Of a stretch of 64,000 bases of DNA, positions 41,424-57,530 are shown one piece after another. Under the pieces are notes generated by a model. That model was not told the DNA's origin. It saw only the letters and a list, made by a program, of their open reading frames with translations, and ran no database searches. The translations under genes were made by a program, and so were the position numbers. Within the stretch, counting starts at the first letter, position 1, and every line of letters starts with the position of its first letter. The DNA is from an uncultured Chloroflexia bacterium (lineage in GTDB: Bacteria; Chloroflexota; Limnocylindria; Limnocylindrales; CSP1-4), in assembly GCA_963813335.1 (NCBI GenBank), contig CAWEYL010000005.1, positions 32,001 to 96,000 on the forward strand. Direction: 5' to 3'.

Positions 41424-41801
41424 ATGACCACCGGCCAACCAGATCGTGACCCGACGCGACCCGTCTACGTGATCAGCGTGGCGGCGACGCTCGTCAGCGT
41501 CCATCCGCGGACCCTGCGGATCTACGAGGACGAGGGCCTGATCTGCCCGGCCCGGACCCCGACCAATATCCGCCTGTACAGCGAGAACGACATCCGGCGA
41601 GTCCTCTGGATCCGCCACCTCACGCGGGACCGCGGCGTCAACCTCGCGGGCATCCGGATCCTCTTCGAACTCGAGGAGCGCCTCGGCGCCCGGATCCTCG
41701 AAGCCCTCTACGCCGAAGGCACGGCCGCCATCGAGGCATCCGCAGCCGCCACCCGTGACGAATCCACCGTCGACCCCGACCCAGCCGCCAAGTCTGCCTA
41801 G
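41424..41801 (+). CDS. hspR: MerR-family heat-shock repressor
   Basis: PVYVISVAA.L...HPRTLRIYE..GLI.P.RT...RLYS..D, GVNLAGI; heads a chaperone/protease operon. Confidence 0.9.
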   Translation: MTTGQPDRDPTRPVYVISVAATLVSVHPRTLRIYEDEGLICPARTPTNIRLYSENDIRRVLWIRHLTRDRGVNLAGIRILFELEERLGARILEALYAEGTAAIEASAAATRDESTVDPDPAAKSA

Positions 41802-41832
41802 ACCACGGCACCAGCACCCCTAGGAGAACCCG

Positions 41833-44325
<2,493 letters not shown>

Positions 44326-44337
44326 CGGAGGGTCGCG

Positions 44338-45411
44338 ATGGCCGGCGGCGGGCCTGGAGCAGGCCTGGAGTACAAGGACTACTACGCGGTCCTCGGCGTG
44401 CCGAGGACCGCGTCGAAGGCCGAGATCAAGAAGGCGTTCCGCAAGGCCGCTCGCGAGAGCCATCCCGACGCCAAGCCCGGTGACAAGGCGGCCGAGCAGC
44501 GCTTCAAGGACATCAACGAGGCCAACGAGGTCCTCTCGGACCCCGACAAGCGCAAGCGCTACGACACGCTCGGCGCGGCCTGGGACCAGTACGGCCAGGG
44601 CGGTCCCGGCGCGGCCGACCCGTTCGGTCCGGGCGGACCGTTCGCCGGGTTCGCCCGCGGCGGTGCCTCGACCGGCCCGGGCGGCGTCCGCTACGAATTC
44701 CACACGACCGCCGACACCGGCGACTTCAGCGATTTCTTCCGGATGTTCTTCGGCGGCGACACCGGCGGCGGGCAGCCCGGCGGCCCCGGTCCCGGACGCG
44801 GCCGCCGTCCCAGCGGCGGCGAGTCCTTCGAATCGATCCTGGCCGGGATGGGCCTCGACGGCACGACCTCGACCGGCACGCGGACCCGTCCCGCGCCGAA
44901 GCCGTCAGCCGAGGCCATCGCCGAGATCAGCCTCGAGGAGGCCTACCACGGGACGACCCGCCGGGTCGACGTCGAAGGCAAGCACCTCGAGGTCACGATC
45001 CCCAGGGGCGCCGACACCGGGACCCGCGTCCGACTGTCGGGCAAGGCCCCGGGCGGCGGCGACCTGTTCGTCGTCGTCAAGCTGGAGCCGCACCCCACGT
45101 TCAAGCGCCGCGGCGCGGACCTCGAGCGCGAGATCGCCCTGACCCTCGGGGAGGCGCTGCTCGGCGGCGAGGTCCCCGTCCGCACGCTCAAGGGCAAGGT
45201 CCTGCTGACCGTGCCCGCGGGCACGCAGCCCGGCCGGACGTTCCGGCTGGCCGGCCAGGGGATGCCGCGGCTCGGCGCGACCGGGCACGGCGACCTGTAC
45301 GCCCGCGCCAGGGTGGTGCTCCCGACCGGCCTGTCCGACACGGCCCGCGAGGCGGCGACCACCGCCATCACGCTCATCGACCAACCAGACCCCCGCTCCC
45401 GAGAGACCTGA
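44338..45411 (+). CDS. DnaJ-class co-chaperone (CbpA-like, no Zn finger)
   Basis: [12 protein letters not shown] motif, G/F region, C-terminal domain; no CxxCxGxG repeats. Confidence 0.92.
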   Translation: MAGGGPGAGLEYKDYYAVLGVPRTASKAEIKKAFRKAARESHPDAKPGDKAAEQRFKDINEANEVLSDPDKRKRYDTLGAAWDQYGQGGPGAADPFGPGGPFAGFARGGASTGPGGVRYEFHTTADTGDFSDFFRMFFGGDTGGGQPGGPGPGRGRRPSGGESFESILAGMGLDGTTSTGTRTRPAPKPSAEAIAEISLEEAYHGTTRRVDVEGKHLEVTIPRGADTGTRVRLSGKAPGGGDLFVVVKLEPHPTFKRRGADLEREIALTLGEALLGGEVPVRTLKGKVLLTVPAGTQPGRTFRLAGQGMPRLGATGHGDLYARARVVLPTGLSDTAREAATTAITLIDQPDPRSRET

Positions 45412-45412
45412 C

Positions 45413-48151
<2,739 letters not shown>

Positions 48152-48167
48152 CCGGCAGCCGCACGGC

Positions 48168-48806
48168 GTGCGCTTCGCGGACGTCCTGGAACGGCTCGCG
48201 GCACTCCCTGATCCCCTGCCGCCGCCCGCCGAGGTGCTCATGCCGGTCGTGGTCGGCTCGGACGAGCCACGGCCACGCGGCGGGCTGCCGCCGGGACGGA
48301 CCGGCCGGCCCGCGGCGGTCCTCGCGCTGCTCTACCCCGATGACGCCGGGATGGCCCGGGTCGTGCTGATCGAGCGCTCCGCCGGCGGCCACCACTCCGG
48401 CGAGGTGAGCCTTCCCGGCGGCAAGGCCGAGCCGGACGATGCGGACACGACGGCGACCGCCCTGCGCGAGACCGTCGAGGAGGTCGGCCTCGACGTCCTG
48501 GCGGCCGGGGTCCGGGTCATCGGGGCGCTCGACCTGCACTGGATCCCGGTGAGCGACTTCGCCGTCACCCCGATCGTAGCCGTCGCCGAGCGGCGGCCGG
48601 TGCTGACCCCCGCGCCGTCCGAGGTCGCGCGCATCCTCGAGCCGCCGATGGCCGCGTTCCTGCCCGGCGCGCCGATCGAGATCGTCGAGCGGACGGTCGG
48701 GACCTGGCCGCTGCGCTACGGCACATACACAGTGGACGGCCTCTCCGTGTGGGGCGCGACCGCCCGGATCCTGAGCCAGCTCGGGGCGATCCTGGCCGAG
48801 GGCTGA
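48168..48806 (+). CDS. Nudix hydrolase (CoA pyrophosphatase type)
   Basis: AAVLALL, HSGEVSLPGG, TALRETVEEVG, VWGATA. Confidence 0.9.
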   Translation: MRFADVLERLAALPDPLPPPAEVLMPVVVGSDEPRPRGGLPPGRTGRPAAVLALLYPDDAGMARVVLIERSAGGHHSGEVSLPGGKAEPDDADTTATALRETVEEVGLDVLAAGVRVIGALDLHWIPVSDFAVTPIVAVAERRPVLTPAPSEVARILEPPMAAFLPGAPIEIVERTVGTWPLRYGTYTVDGLSVWGATARILSQLGAILAEG

Positions 48807-48807
48807 G

Positions 48808-49281
48808 TCAGGCCGGTTCGCCGTCCCGCGGCTCGTCGCGTGGCGTGTCCGGTCGCAGCGGCACGGCGATCCCCTCGACCGGCGGCAGCCCGGCGACGTC
48901 GCCGTCCTCGCGGACGAGTCCGTCGAGGAGGCCGCGCACGGCCGAGTCATCGGCCCCGGCGAACTCGACGACCAGGGCGCGCATCTCCGAATGCTCGGTC
49001 CACGCCGCATGCAGGACGTCGGCCGGCCAGAGGACCGCCTCGCCCGGCGCCACCCGCGTCCGCTCCCCGGCGACCGCGACCCAGCCGCCGCCCTCGATGA
49101 CGACCATCCAGGTCGTGTTCGGGCTCGTGTGGGGCTCGACGCGCGCGTCCCGGGCGAACGCGACCTCGGTGATGAGCCCGCGCCCGTCCGAGTGGATCAC
49201 CTGGCTCCTGACGCCGACCGTGCCGGGCGGCCCGTCCGGCCGTCGATGGCCGACCCCGAACCGGCGGATCTCGATCGGCAT
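48808..49281 (-). CDS. Cupin-domain protein
   Basis: VEPHT, VIEGGGWV, GEAVLWPADVLHAAW. Confidence 0.85.
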   Translation of the reverse strand: MPIEIRRFGVGHRRPDGPPGTVGVRSQVIHSDGRGLITEVAFARDARVEPHTSPNTTWMVVIEGGGWVAVAGERTRVAPGEAVLWPADVLHAAWTEHSEMRALVVEFAGADDSAVRGLLDGLVREDGDVAGLPPVEGIAVPLRPDTPRDEPRDGEPA

Positions 49282-49287
49282 CGTCGA

Positions 49288-49734
49288 CTAGCGGCGGCGC
49301 TTCTGGCTGCGCGCTGCCCGACGTGCGCCGCGCTTCTTGATCGTCGACTCCGGGTCCGCGAACTTCTGCTTCGTGTAGTAGCGCTCGCGGGCGAGCCGCG
49401 CCTCGTGCGCCGCGAGGATCGGCGGGAAGCGCCGGAAGCGGATCCAGACCAGCGTCCCGATGCCGATGACCTGGGTCACCAGCACGATGAAGAAGTCGAA
49501 GACGAACAGCGCCTCGATCACGATCATGCTGAACGTGATCAGCCCGGTCCACCACAGCCATTCCCACATCTCGAGGAACGGCGGGTGGCGGTGGAGCGCC
49601 CGCGTCCGGACGTTGTAGAGGATCAGCAGGACCGCCAGGAGGACGGCGGCCGCGATCCACGTCGGATGGAAGAGGTCCGGGAAGTTCTTGTGGTTGAACG
49701 ACAGGAAGAGGTAGTCCCAGGGGGCGAGCGTCAC
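49288..49734 (-). CDS. Membrane protein (about 3 TM) with a basic C-terminus
   Basis: Hydrophobic helices; strong coding codon bias. Confidence 0.8.
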   Translation of the reverse strand: MTLAPWDYLFLSFNHKNFPDLFHPTWIAAAVLLAVLLILYNVRTRALHRHPPFLEMWEWLWWTGLITFSMIVIEALFVFDFFIVLVTQVIGIGTLVWIRFRRFPPILAAHEARLARERYYTKQKFADPESTIKKRGARRAARSQKRRR

Positions 49735-49886
49735 GCACCGACCTCGATGTTCTGACCGTGGATGGGCCCCCGGAGTATGCCACGCTGGGCGCTATACTCG
49801 GCCGAGCGGTGCGGCGCCAGAGGACCGGCCGGGGGCGCCACCCGCCGGGACCCCGAGCGCGCCGCCGGAACCCTTGCGATGGGAGG

Positions 49887-51443
49887 ATGGCCCGGGTGCG
49901 AGCGCTGCTGTCAGTCGCGAACCGCGATGGGATCGCGGCTCTTGCGCGCGACCTCCTCGCCCTCGACATCGAGATCTTCGCGACGGACGGCACCCGCGAG
50001 TTCCTCGCCGGCGAGGGCGTCGACGTGGCGTCGGTCGCGGACCTGACCCAAGGGGAGTCGACGGTCGGCGGCCAGGTCAAGACCTTCCACCACGCGGTCT
50101 ATGCGGGCATCCTCGCCCGCCGCGACGTCCCGGCCCAGCTGGCCGAGCTCGAAGCCCAGGGCATCGTCCCGATCGACCTCGTGATCGTGAACGTCAAGCC
50201 GTTCGCCCCGGCGATCGGGGCCAAGCTCATCGGGCTGGACGAGGCGATCGAGATGATCGACGTGGCCGGAGCGGCCCTGCTCGGCGCAGCGGCCCGGAAC
50301 TCGGCCGGGGTGGCCGCCGCATCCGACCCGTCGCAGTACGGCCGGATCGTCGGCGAGCTGCGCGAGCACGGCCTGGTGACGCCCGAGACGCGGGCCGCGC
50401 TGGCGGCCGAGGCGTTCAGCATGGTGGCGGCTTATCACGCCGAGATCGCGGCCTACCTCAACCAGATCTCGGGCAACACGTTCCCGCACCGCCTGGCCAT
50501 CGTCCTCGAGAAGGTCGACGACCTGCGCTACGGCGAGAACCCGCACCAGCGCGCGGCGTTCTACCGCGAGACCACCCACCGCAGCGGCACGCTCGCGGAC
50601 GCGACCCAGATCGCCGGCGACCGCCCGTCCTTCAACAACCTGATGGACCTCGACGCGGCCTACCGGATCGCCCGCGACTACACCGGTCCCACGGTCGCCA
50701 TCGTGAAGCACACCGACCCGGTCGGCATCGCCTCGCACGACGAGCTGGTCGAGGCCTATCGGCACGCGCTCGAGACGGACCCGGTCGCCTCGTTCGGCGG
50801 CATCGTCGGGGTCAACCGCGAGCTCGACGGCGCGACCGCGCGCGAGATCGCGGCGAACTCCTACGAGGCGGTCGTGGCCCCCGGCTTCAGCCAGTCGGCG
50901 CTCGGCATCCTGCGCGCCAAGAGCGGGCTGGAGCTGCTGGCCGTCCCCGCCGACCCGATCGAGGGGATGCGCGACTACGGCATCGCGAACCTCGACTTCA
51001 AGCGGGTCGCCGGCGGGCTCCTCGTGGAATCGCTGGACGACCTCGGGCTGGACCGCGGCCGGCTCCAGGTCGTCACCGAGCGCCGGCCGACGCTCGAGGA
51101 GCTGACCGACCTGCTCTTCGGCTGGCGGGCGGTCCGCCACGTCCGCTCGAATGCCATCGTGCTGGCCAGGCACGGCGCGACGGTCGGGATCGGGGCGGCC
51201 CAGGCGTCGCGCCAGGTGTCGGTCGAGATCGCGCTGCGCCGCGCCGGCGACCGCGCCAAGCTCGCGGTGATGGCCTCGGACGCCTACTTCCCCTTCCCGG
51301 ACGGCATCCAGGCGGCGGCCGGCGCGGGGGTCACCGCGATCATCCAGCCAGGCGGCTCGATCCGCGACGAGATGGCCATCGAGGTCGCCGACCGCCACCA
51401 CCTCGCCATGGTCTTTACCGGCCGCCGGCACTTCCGGCACTAG
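49887..51443 (+). CDS. purH: PurH (AICAR transformylase/IMP cyclohydrolase), divergent
   Basis: [44 protein letters not shown]; GGGAGG RBS. Confidence 0.88.
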   Translation: MARVRALLSVANRDGIAALARDLLALDIEIFATDGTREFLAGEGVDVASVADLTQGESTVGGQVKTFHHAVYAGILARRDVPAQLAELEAQGIVPIDLVIVNVKPFAPAIGAKLIGLDEAIEMIDVAGAALLGAAARNSAGVAAASDPSQYGRIVGELREHGLVTPETRAALAAEAFSMVAAYHAEIAAYLNQISGNTFPHRLAIVLEKVDDLRYGENPHQRAAFYRETTHRSGTLADATQIAGDRPSFNNLMDLDAAYRIARDYTGPTVAIVKHTDPVGIASHDELVEAYRHALETDPVASFGGIVGVNRELDGATAREIAANSYEAVVAPGFSQSALGILRAKSGLELLAVPADPIEGMRDYGIANLDFKRVAGGLLVESLDDLGLDRGRLQVVTERRPTLEELTDLLFGWRAVRHVRSNAIVLARHGATVGIGAAQASRQVSVEIALRRAGDRAKLAVMASDAYFPFPDGIQAAAGAGVTAIIQPGGSIRDEMAIEVADRHHLAMVFTGRRHFRH

Positions 51444-51445
51444 CC

Positions 51446-52427
<982 letters not shown>

Positions 52428-52438
52428 CGGTCTCGCCT

Positions 52439-53140
52439 GTGCCCCTGGAGAACGACTTGATCCACGACTCGCTCTCCGCCATCGAACCGGGCGAGACGCT
52501 CGAGACCGCGATGCTCAGCCCATGCGTGGGTGGACTCGTGCGCACGTGGACCGATCACGGCTCGCGGTTGTGGGGCGTGGCCGACCCATCGACGCTCGCG
52601 TCGTCGATGGGGCGGGGCGTCATCGCCCGGACGCTCCGCGAAGAGGGGCGATTCCGCGAAGTCGCCCTGCTCCACCAGCGGACGGGCACCCTGCTCCTCC
52701 AGTCCCGGTGGCCGACGCAGACGTCTGAGGGAGCCATCGAGTCCACGGCTCCCGTCGTGCAGTTGACTGCCCCACGGCCCGCGGCGACCTCGCCATGGGC
52801 GGACCTCCAGGCCGTGCTTGGCCAGGCCGTACGTCATACGCTCGAGGTCGACGGGCTGCTGGTGGTCGAGCAGGGCGGATGGGATGCCCCGATCGAGCCC
52901 TATTGCCTGTTCCTCGTGGTCCACGATCACGGCGACGTGAGCCTCGTGGAATGCGCGCCGGCGCCGACCGGCGCCACGCTCTGGCAACAGGACCTGCGAG
53001 CTGGCGCGGCCGGCGCGACCATGTCGGCCCCGGCGACCGACGCGACCCTCGGCGTCGTTCCGGCGCTCATCGTCGACGCCTGCGCCACCTGGGGGCTCGA
53101 GCCGTGGGATCTCGCCATCACGTACGGCGATCGGTCCTGA
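52439..53140 (+). CDS. Hypothetical protein
   Basis: Open 233-aa ORF filling the gap; weaker GC3 bias than neighbours; start uncertain. Confidence 0.6.
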   Translation: MPLENDLIHDSLSAIEPGETLETAMLSPCVGGLVRTWTDHGSRLWGVADPSTLASSMGRGVIARTLREEGRFREVALLHQRTGTLLLQSRWPTQTSEGAIESTAPVVQLTAPRPAATSPWADLQAVLGQAVRHTLEVDGLLVVEQGGWDAPIEPYCLFLVVHDHGDVSLVECAPAPTGATLWQQDLRAGAAGATMSAPATDATLGVVPALIVDACATWGLEPWDLAITYGDRS

Positions 53141-53266
53141 CCGTCGAGGGGCAGGCGCGTGCCGCAAGATCTCGATCGAGGTCCCGGCTTGGGCGCAACT
53201 TCTGATGAAGGCTTCGCGATGCGCTTGCCCACGTCACCGAGCGAGGACCACGACCGTCGTGTGGGC

Positions 53267-53749
53267 ATGCGGTGGGCGGGTGTCGGCATGGTGGTCCTGA
53301 CCCTGGTCGGCTGCGCCGTCGGGACGGCCATGCCTGACAACATCCGGCCCACAGTGGCGGCGATCGAGACGCTCGGCTACCGCTGCGGTGACGGCGTCAA
53401 GGACAACGTGCCCAGCGGCCTCTTCCAGTGGTCCTGCAACGGCCGGATCGACGGCGTGCCATCGACCATCCTGGTCGATGGGAATGCGGAGGGCGTCGCA
53501 GGCGTCACCCTCGTCGTCGAGGATCCACGGGACCCCGGAGGCACGGCCAGTCAGTTCGCGCGACTCGTGGACGAGGTGCCCCCGCTCAACACGGCACCCG
53601 TGCTGAAGGACACGGTCGCTGGCTGGGCCGGCGCTGAACAGGCATGGACGGTCGGGGGAATCCGCATCTCCGCACAGTGCGATGCGACCCAGTGCCTCTT
53701 CATCGTCATGCCAGCCGAAGATGCCCTCCGCCCGCTGCCGTTGCCGTAG
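53267..53749 (+). CDS. Hypothetical lipoprotein
   Basis: MRWAGVGMVVLTLVGC lipobox; four further Cys; start uncertain. Confidence 0.6.
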   Translation: MRWAGVGMVVLTLVGCAVGTAMPDNIRPTVAAIETLGYRCGDGVKDNVPSGLFQWSCNGRIDGVPSTILVDGNAEGVAGVTLVVEDPRDPGGTASQFARLVDEVPPLNTAPVLKDTVAGWAGAEQAWTVGGIRISAQCDATQCLFIVMPAEDALRPLPLP

Positions 53750-53845
53750 ATCACAGATCCAAACCGGGGCTCGCGGGCGGACGATCAACCGAGACGCGCC
53801 TGGGCGTCGCGCCGTGTGCCTGCTTGTCCGCGCTTCCTGCCGGTC

Positions 53846-54832
53846 TCAGCCCAGCTTGAGCTGCGGCAGGACCTCCTTGCCGAACACCTCGATGAACTCG
53901 GCCTGGTTGCGGCCGACGTTGTGCAGGTGGATCTCGTCGAAGCCCATGTCCACGTAGTGCTGGATGTACGCCGCGTGGGCGGCGAGGTCGCTGGTCATCA
54001 GCACCCGGTTCTTGAAGTCCTCGGGCCGGACCAGCTTCGCCATCGCGGCGAAGTCCTCGGGGTTCTTGATGTCCTGCTTGGGGAACGGCATCCCGCCGTT
54101 GGGCCATTCGATCATCGCGTTCTGCACGGCTTCCTCGTCGGTCCGCGCCCAGGACACGTGGATCTGGAGGAGCTTCGGGGTCCCGACCGGCTTGCCGGCC
54201 TCCAGGCAGCCCTCCTCGCACTTCTCCCAGAGCATCCGGATCTTCTCGTCGGCGGCGCCGACCGTGATCATGCCGTCGGCGAACTTGCCGGCCTTCTTCG
54301 CGTTGACCGGCCCGGCGGTCGCGACGTAGACCTTCACGGGCTCGTCCGGGATCGTGTACAGCCGGGCGCTCTCGAGCGTGAAGAACTCGCCCTTGTGCTT
54401 GACGACCTTGCCGGAGAACAGCTTGTTGATGATCTCGATCGACTCGAACAGCATCGAGCTGCGGATGCCGACCTCCGGCCAGATGCCGCCGATGATGTGC
54501 TCGTTGAGCGCCTCGCCCGCCCCGAGGCCCAGGTAGAACCGGCCTGGGTACATGGCGCCGAGGGTCGCCGCGGCGTGGGCGATGACCGCGGGGTGGTAGC
54601 GGAACCCCGGGCAGGTCACCGCCGTCCCGAAGGGGAGGCTCGTCCGCTGGCCGAGCGCGCCCATGAACGACCAGGCGAAGGCGCTCTGGCCCTGCTGCGG
54701 GGTCCAGGGGTGGAAGTGCTCGCTGACCATGAAGCCGGCCTCGAAACCGGCCCCTTCCGCAGCCGCGCACCAGTCGAGGAGGTCGGTCGGATGGAACTGC
54801 TCGAGCATCGCGGCGTAGCCGATCGTCGTCAT
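53846..54832 (-). CDS. F420-dependent LLM-class oxidoreductase (G6PDH/Fgd-like family)
   Basis: GYAAMLEQF, SEHFHPW, GTAVTCP, LGLGAGEALNE. Confidence 0.9.
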   Translation of the reverse strand: MTTIGYAAMLEQFHPTDLLDWCAAAEGAGFEAGFMVSEHFHPWTPQQGQSAFAWSFMGALGQRTSLPFGTAVTCPGFRYHPAVIAHAAATLGAMYPGRFYLGLGAGEALNEHIIGGIWPEVGIRSSMLFESIEIINKLFSGKVVKHKGEFFTLESARLYTIPDEPVKVYVATAGPVNAKKAGKFADGMITVGAADEKIRMLWEKCEEGCLEAGKPVGTPKLLQIHVSWARTDEEAVQNAMIEWPNGGMPFPKQDIKNPEDFAAMAKLVRPEDFKNRVLMTSDLAAHAAYIQHYVDMGFDEIHLHNVGRNQAEFIEVFGKEVLPQLKLG

Positions 54833-54838
54833 GGTCGG

Positions 54839-54848
54839 AGGGTAGCAT
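54839..54848. promoter_or_regulatory. Overlapping bidirectional -10 elements for two leaderless genes
   Basis: TAGCAT (+, 54843-54848) 6 nt before ATG 54855; TGcTACCCT (-, 54839-54847) 6 nt before ATG 54832. Confidence 0.65.
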
Positions 54849-54854
54849 CAGCCG

Positions 54855-55799
54855 ATGCCTGACCTTCGAAGGCCATCCGGACGGACCGCGCTGGCCATCC
54901 TGACCACCCTGATCGTCGCCGGCTGCAGCGCCGCGGCGCCGGCGGCGTCGACCTCGCCGTCGAGTGCCGCGATCCCGAGCCCAGCGCCGCCGACCGTCGC
55001 GCCGTCGCTCGGCCAGACCCGCACCGACCCCGCCGGCGTCCGACAGGTCTACGTACCCGCCGGCACATTCCGGATGGGCACCGATCAGGCCGACATCGAC
55101 ACGCTGCTGGCCGCCGGACTACCGGACTGGGTGGCGGTCGCGCTCCCGAGCGAGGTGCCCGCCCACGACGTGACGCTCACGCAGGGCTACTGGATCGACC
55201 AGACCGAGGTCACCAACACCGACTTCCAGGCGTTCAAGGACGCGGGGGGCTACACGACGCAGACGTACTGGTCGGCCGCGGGCTGGGCCTGGCTCAGCCA
55301 CAGGGTCGCCTCCGGCCTGCCGAAGCGCTGCGAGGGCGACGCCCCGGACGTTCCCCGCCGATGCATCACCTGGTTCGAGGCGGAGGCGTACGCGGCATGG
55401 CGCGGCGGCCGCCTTCCGACGGAGGCCGAGTGGGAGTACGCCGCCCGCGGCCCGAAGGCCTCGGTCTACCCTTGGGGCGACGAGTGGGACCCGGCGAAGG
55501 CGAACGTCGTCGACAGCACGGGACCCGCCGCGGTCGGCAGCCACCCGGAGGGCGCGAGTTGGGTGGGCGCGCAGGACATGTCCGGCAATGCCATGGAGTG
55601 GGTGAGCGACTGGCTCGCACCGCATTCGGGCGATCCAGCCGCCGACCCGACCGGTCCGTCCGAGGGCACGATCAAGGTCGAGAAGGGCGGCTGGTGGGGC
55701 AGCAACCCGTTCGTCGCCCGGTCCGCGTACAGGCACTATGAGGACCCACCGACCTACGGCGACGAGCACATCGGCGTCCGCGTGGTCTCCGAGTACTAG
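54855..55799 (+). CDS. FGE-sulfatase (SUMF1-family) domain lipoprotein
   Basis: Lipobox VAGC; GTFRMG, TEVTN, RLPTEAEWEYAARG, DMSGNAMEW; lacks the FGE catalytic Cys pair. Confidence 0.9.
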   Translation: MPDLRRPSGRTALAILTTLIVAGCSAAAPAASTSPSSAAIPSPAPPTVAPSLGQTRTDPAGVRQVYVPAGTFRMGTDQADIDTLLAAGLPDWVAVALPSEVPAHDVTLTQGYWIDQTEVTNTDFQAFKDAGGYTTQTYWSAAGWAWLSHRVASGLPKRCEGDAPDVPRRCITWFEAEAYAAWRGGRLPTEAEWEYAARGPKASVYPWGDEWDPAKANVVDSTGPAAVGSHPEGASWVGAQDMSGNAMEWVSDWLAPHSGDPAADPTGPSEGTIKVEKGGWWGSNPFVARSAYRHYEDPPTYGDEHIGVRVVSEY

Positions 55800-56431
55800 G
55801 CGGGTCGGCGACCCCGCACCGGGCGCCACTGACGGGCCGACGGGTCCCACGTCCCGGCCACCCGAACGGCGTCGGGACCCTCCGCCCCGGTCTGCCGTCG
55901 CCGCGCGGTCGCCACGGTCTCGCCCCAGCCGGGCGGCACGAGCCCGGGCGCGAGATCGGCGAGGGGCGCGAGGACGAACAGCCGCCGCGCGGCGTCGCGA
56001 TGCGGGACTTCCAGCAGCCGGGCCGCCCGAGCCGGATCGCCGTCCGCATCGACGGAACGCGCCTCCGGTGGCCGCTCGACGGCCAGCCGGGCGCGGCCGA
56101 AGACGAGCAGGTCGAGGTCGAGCTCGCGCGGGCCCCAGCGCCGGCGCCGGCGCCGACCGAAGTCGCGTTCGAGGTCCTTGAGCCGGGTCAGCAGGTCGAG
56201 CGCGCCGGTCGCCGGGTCCGGGCCAGCAGGCACGTCCACAGCCACGACGGCGTTGCGGAAGTCTGGCTGGTCGGGATCGCCCCACGGCGCGGTCGCATAG
56301 AGCCTCGAGACGCCCCGGAGCCGAGTGCCGGGCAGGCCCGCCAGCGCGGTGACGGCCTCCGCCAGGGTCGTCTCGGCCTCCCCGACGTTGGCGCCAAGAC
56401 CGATGTACGCGCGGACCCGTCTTGCGGCCAC
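55796..56431 (-). CDS. folK: 2-amino-4-hydroxy-6-hydroxymethyldihydropteridine diphosphokinase
   Basis: AYIGLGANVG, SRLYATAPWG, QPDFRNAV, RWGPRELDLDLL, VPH, FVLAPLADL. Confidence 0.93.
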   Translation of the reverse strand: MAARRVRAYIGLGANVGEAETTLAEAVTALAGLPGTRLRGVSRLYATAPWGDPDQPDFRNAVVAVDVPAGPDPATGALDLLTRLKDLERDFGRRRRRRWGPRELDLDLLVFGRARLAVERPPEARSVDADGDPARAARLLEVPHRDAARRLFVLAPLADLAPGLVPPGWGETVATARRRQTGAEGPDAVRVAGTWDPSARQWRPVRGRRPA

Positions 56432-56464
56432 GGACGCCTCCCTGGTGACGGCTAGACTCGGATG

Positions 56465-57520
56465 ATGCGACCGGTCGCCGTCCGCATCCTCCACCCGGTG
56501 CCCGGCGCGACCGCCGGGCCGATCGAGTGCTGGGTCGGCGAGGCCCGGCGACGCCTCGCCGAACGGCACCGCCGAGGATTCGCGGCCGCGGGCGCGAGCG
56601 ATGTCCGGGTCGTCAGCTGGCCGCCCGACGATACACCGTTCGGCCGGCGCCTCCGCGAGCTGGTCAGCACCGAGCGGCCCGACGGGCTGGTGGTCCTCGG
56701 CTCGGGCTCGATCCCGCTGGCGACCCTCGCCGACCGCCGCGACCTCGTCCGGGCAGCAGGCTCCGGGGACCGGCGGGCGCTCGCCAACGACCGCTATTCG
56801 GCCGACGTGGTCGCGGTCGCGTCCGCGGCGGATGCCCTCGCGGACCTGCCCGACGACCTCGGCGACAACGCGCTGCCGCGCTGGCTGTCGGAGGTCCGCG
56901 GCTGGGCCGTGGACGACCTCCGGCGGCGGTGGCGGCTCACGGTCGACATCGACGGCCCGCTCGACCTGGTCCTCGCCGGCGATGCCGGCGAGCTCGCCAC
57001 GGAGGAGGCGCGGCGCATCGACACCGGCCACGTCCGCGGCCGCCTCGACGCCATCCGTGCGCTCGCGTCCGACCCGGGCGCCGAGCTGCTGATCGCCGGG
57101 CGGACCTCATCGGCGACACTCGCCTGGTACGAGCGGCACACCGCGTCCCGGACACGGGCGCTGGTCGAGGAGCGCGGGCTGCGCACGCGACGCGCCGGCC
57201 AGCGCGCGCCTGCCTCGGTCCTCGGCGCGTTGCTGGACCACGATGGGGCCGGTTCGCTCGGCACGCACCTCGCGCGCCTCGCCGATGGCGCCCTCATCGA
57301 CACCCGGGTCCTCCTCGCCCACCGGCTCGGGGCGGACGAGCGGGCGTGGCCGCCGGCGGAGGACCGGTTCGCGTCGGACCTGCTGCTCCACGGGGCCATC
57401 CGCGACCCGTGGCTCCGCGACCTCACCCGCGCCGCGGCGGACGCACCCATCCCGGTCCTGCTCGGCGGGCACACGCTGGTCGGCCCGGGCGCGCGCCTCG
57501 TGCTCCGCGGGCAACGCTGA
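56465..57520 (+). CDS. Hypothetical protein with a CofC/GT-A nucleotidyltransferase-like N-terminal domain
   Basis: PFGRRLREL, GSGSIPL, NDRYSAD, DIDGPLDL (compare DVDTPxDL); C-terminal GGHTLVGPG. Confidence 0.6.
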   Translation: MRPVAVRILHPVPGATAGPIECWVGEARRRLAERHRRGFAAAGASDVRVVSWPPDDTPFGRRLRELVSTERPDGLVVLGSGSIPLATLADRRDLVRAAGSGDRRALANDRYSADVVAVASAADALADLPDDLGDNALPRWLSEVRGWAVDDLRRRWRLTVDIDGPLDLVLAGDAGELATEEARRIDTGHVRGRLDAIRALASDPGAELLIAGRTSSATLAWYERHTASRTRALVEERGLRTRRAGQRAPASVLGALLDHDGAGSLGTHLARLADGALIDTRVLLAHRLGADERAWPPAEDRFASDLLLHGAIRDPWLRDLTRAAADAPIPVLLGGHTLVGPGARLVLRGQR

Positions 57521-57530
57521 GGCCCGCGCG

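Noticed and set aside
49800-49886. ZMP/ZTP riboswitch upstream of purH
   Set aside because: Lacks the GACUGGCG...GUGG..CCAC.GGGAGC...CGCCUGGGC consensus.
54855-55799. Active formylglycine-generating enzyme or DGR target
   Set aside because: No catalytic CxxxxC, and no reverse transcriptase or template repeat in the window.
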